Below are positions 62,553 to 64,000 of a stretch of 64,000 bases of DNA, one piece after another. The translations under genes were made by a program, and so were the position numbers. This stretch comes from Selaginella moellendorffii. Its lineage: Eukaryota; Plantae; Lycopodiophyta. Location: NCBI RefSeq assembly GCF_000143415.4, contig NW_003314299.1:1347502-1411501 (forward strand), written 5' to 3'. Positions within the stretch are counted from its first letter, which is position 1, and every line of letters starts with the position of its first letter. The notes beneath the pieces are model-generated. The model was not told the DNA's origin. It saw only the letters and a list, made by a program, of their open reading frames with translations, and ran no database searches.

Positions 62553-64000
62553 GACACTTCCACGTGTCATGTGTTGGTCCTTTTGGGTCCCTTTTTGGAG
62601 CCTCGCTTATTGCTCGCTTCATGCTCGTTCCTTGAGCACTCCGTTGGGAGTTCCACTCCCGCTCTCAACCTCTCAAGTCGGAGCCTTTTAGTCCAAATGT
62701 GTTACGCTCGTTTGGCTTTTGCTTCGGCCACTACCACGTGGCACCCTTTCGGCTCCACTTTGGGGCCTAGAGATTTTGTGTCTCACAACTCCACCACCTA
62801 TAGACGAAGTTCGATGTCCTCATCAAACGGTAAACCCTCTTATAAAGTAACACCCACATGTATTACTAGTTCCATCCTTGGCACCCAACCAATATTTATC
62901 TATGGTTTGACACCAAAGGTGCACCATGCCTTGTCCATCCTTTAAGGAGGATAGTCTCTTTAATATAGAGACTCATTCGACCACCTGGGGTGGTTTGCTC
63001 CCTTTTATTGGTTCAGTTCTCGCTAAACCCGTTAGAGACTCCTTCTCTAACTCAATTCCACTACTCATTCTCGAGTAGTCTCAGATTCCATTGACATAAC
63101 TTTGCACTTTGGAAATTTTAGTTTTGACTTCTTAGAGTCAATTTCCTAGGTGTCTTCGACACCTTACGTTGCACATGGTGCAACTCCACTTCCCTATCCT
63201 AGGAAGTTCTTTACTTGAGGATACTATCATCCTCTCTCCGATATCGTGCCACCTTTGACACTAAGTTTCAGTTATCATCATTGGTGCTAAGGCTGCCTAC
63301 AGCCCTATTATTTGGCTACCTTACCACTCCCCCCTTTGGAGCATCCACTTCGCCAAATCGGAGCGGTTGGGAATCCACCCTTAGGGAAACTTTGCCATTC
63401 CCACAATCCGTTAGCACCTAACACATTAGTGTTCTTGGCCTAACTTTGCCATTTGGATTTTTTCCCAGGATTCCTATGGCTCTTCTCTTAGCCACTAATC
63501 TTTTGCTCCTATCCTTGATTGTTGTACCCAGCAACATAGGATCGCTACCTCCATTTTCGAGGTTTCTTTTTAGTTCCATAGCAAACACTTTGTTTTGCTA
63601 AGTCCAGAAGGTGTTCACCCCTAGTACGTCTCTTTAACATTTTCTGTTGTGGGCTCTATCCACGGCCCAACTTTTGAGATCCTTTCTTGGATCTCTTATA
63701 GAGACTACCTTTCTCGGACTTACTATGCCACAGCATTGACATAGCTCATTTCCCTTAGGTGTTCTTCCCACTTGGTCACCTTGACCAAGCCACACCATTA
63801 TCAATAGTTCAAATTAACACTTTGAACTAAGAATCATATTCCTTAACCCAAATAAAGACTTGGTCCTTATTTAGCCACAAGATCACCTGGTGATCTCATC
63901 TTGACCCCTTAATAAGTTTACCCATAAGAACTAGGTCTTCTAGACCCCTCTATGTTGTTGACTATGACCCCGAGGGCATCCCCCACACTTGGCAGTGCGG

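Noticed and set aside
61834-62945. Long ORFs (285, 220, 300, 186 aa)
   Set aside because: They arise from stop-free 6/12-bp tandem repeats and translate as simple repeats.
61300-64000. Defined LTR pair for the gypsy element
   Set aside because: No matching second LTR, PBS or TSD could be identified within the window.

Overview
Eukaryotic plant genomic DNA. It is gene-dense with very short (~50-70 nt) GT-AG introns and has a 100-N scaffold gap. This style fits a lycophyte such as Selaginella, but that is inference. Host genes: PAO (3' end runs off the window start), an Fcf2-domain rRNA-processing gene, an EF-hand-like unknown gene with an eroded tandem copy, an S40/DUF584 gene, a DDX51/Dbp6-type DEAD-box helicase, TORTIFOLIA1/SPIRAL2, SMT2, a truncated TYW3/Kelch (TYW2/3/4-type) gene, katanin p80 and a family-1 UGT. 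There is also decayed Ty3/gypsy debris and a degenerate Ty3/gypsy element at the right end. The stand-out is an apparently intact ~13.2 kb DNA transposon (19287-32513) bounded by perfect 28-bp inverted repeats. It encodes a ~1,030-aa DDE/D transposase (Sola/DUF7869-like core with extra N- and C-terminal domains). Divergently, it encodes an 11-exon, ~1,630-aa cargo protein that appears to fuse a ParB/Srx-like domain, a degenerate amino-methyltransferase-like domain, an acidic linker and an FCP1/NIF-type HAD phosphatase. About 24 copies of one 22-bp palindrome (ATGGCRTG-N6-CAYGCCAT) are spread through the element, mostly in introns, UTRs and termini. This suggests a self-recognising protein-plus-site system (parS-like, or VANC-like anti-silencing). 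All domain calls are by eye and need HMM or structure confirmation.
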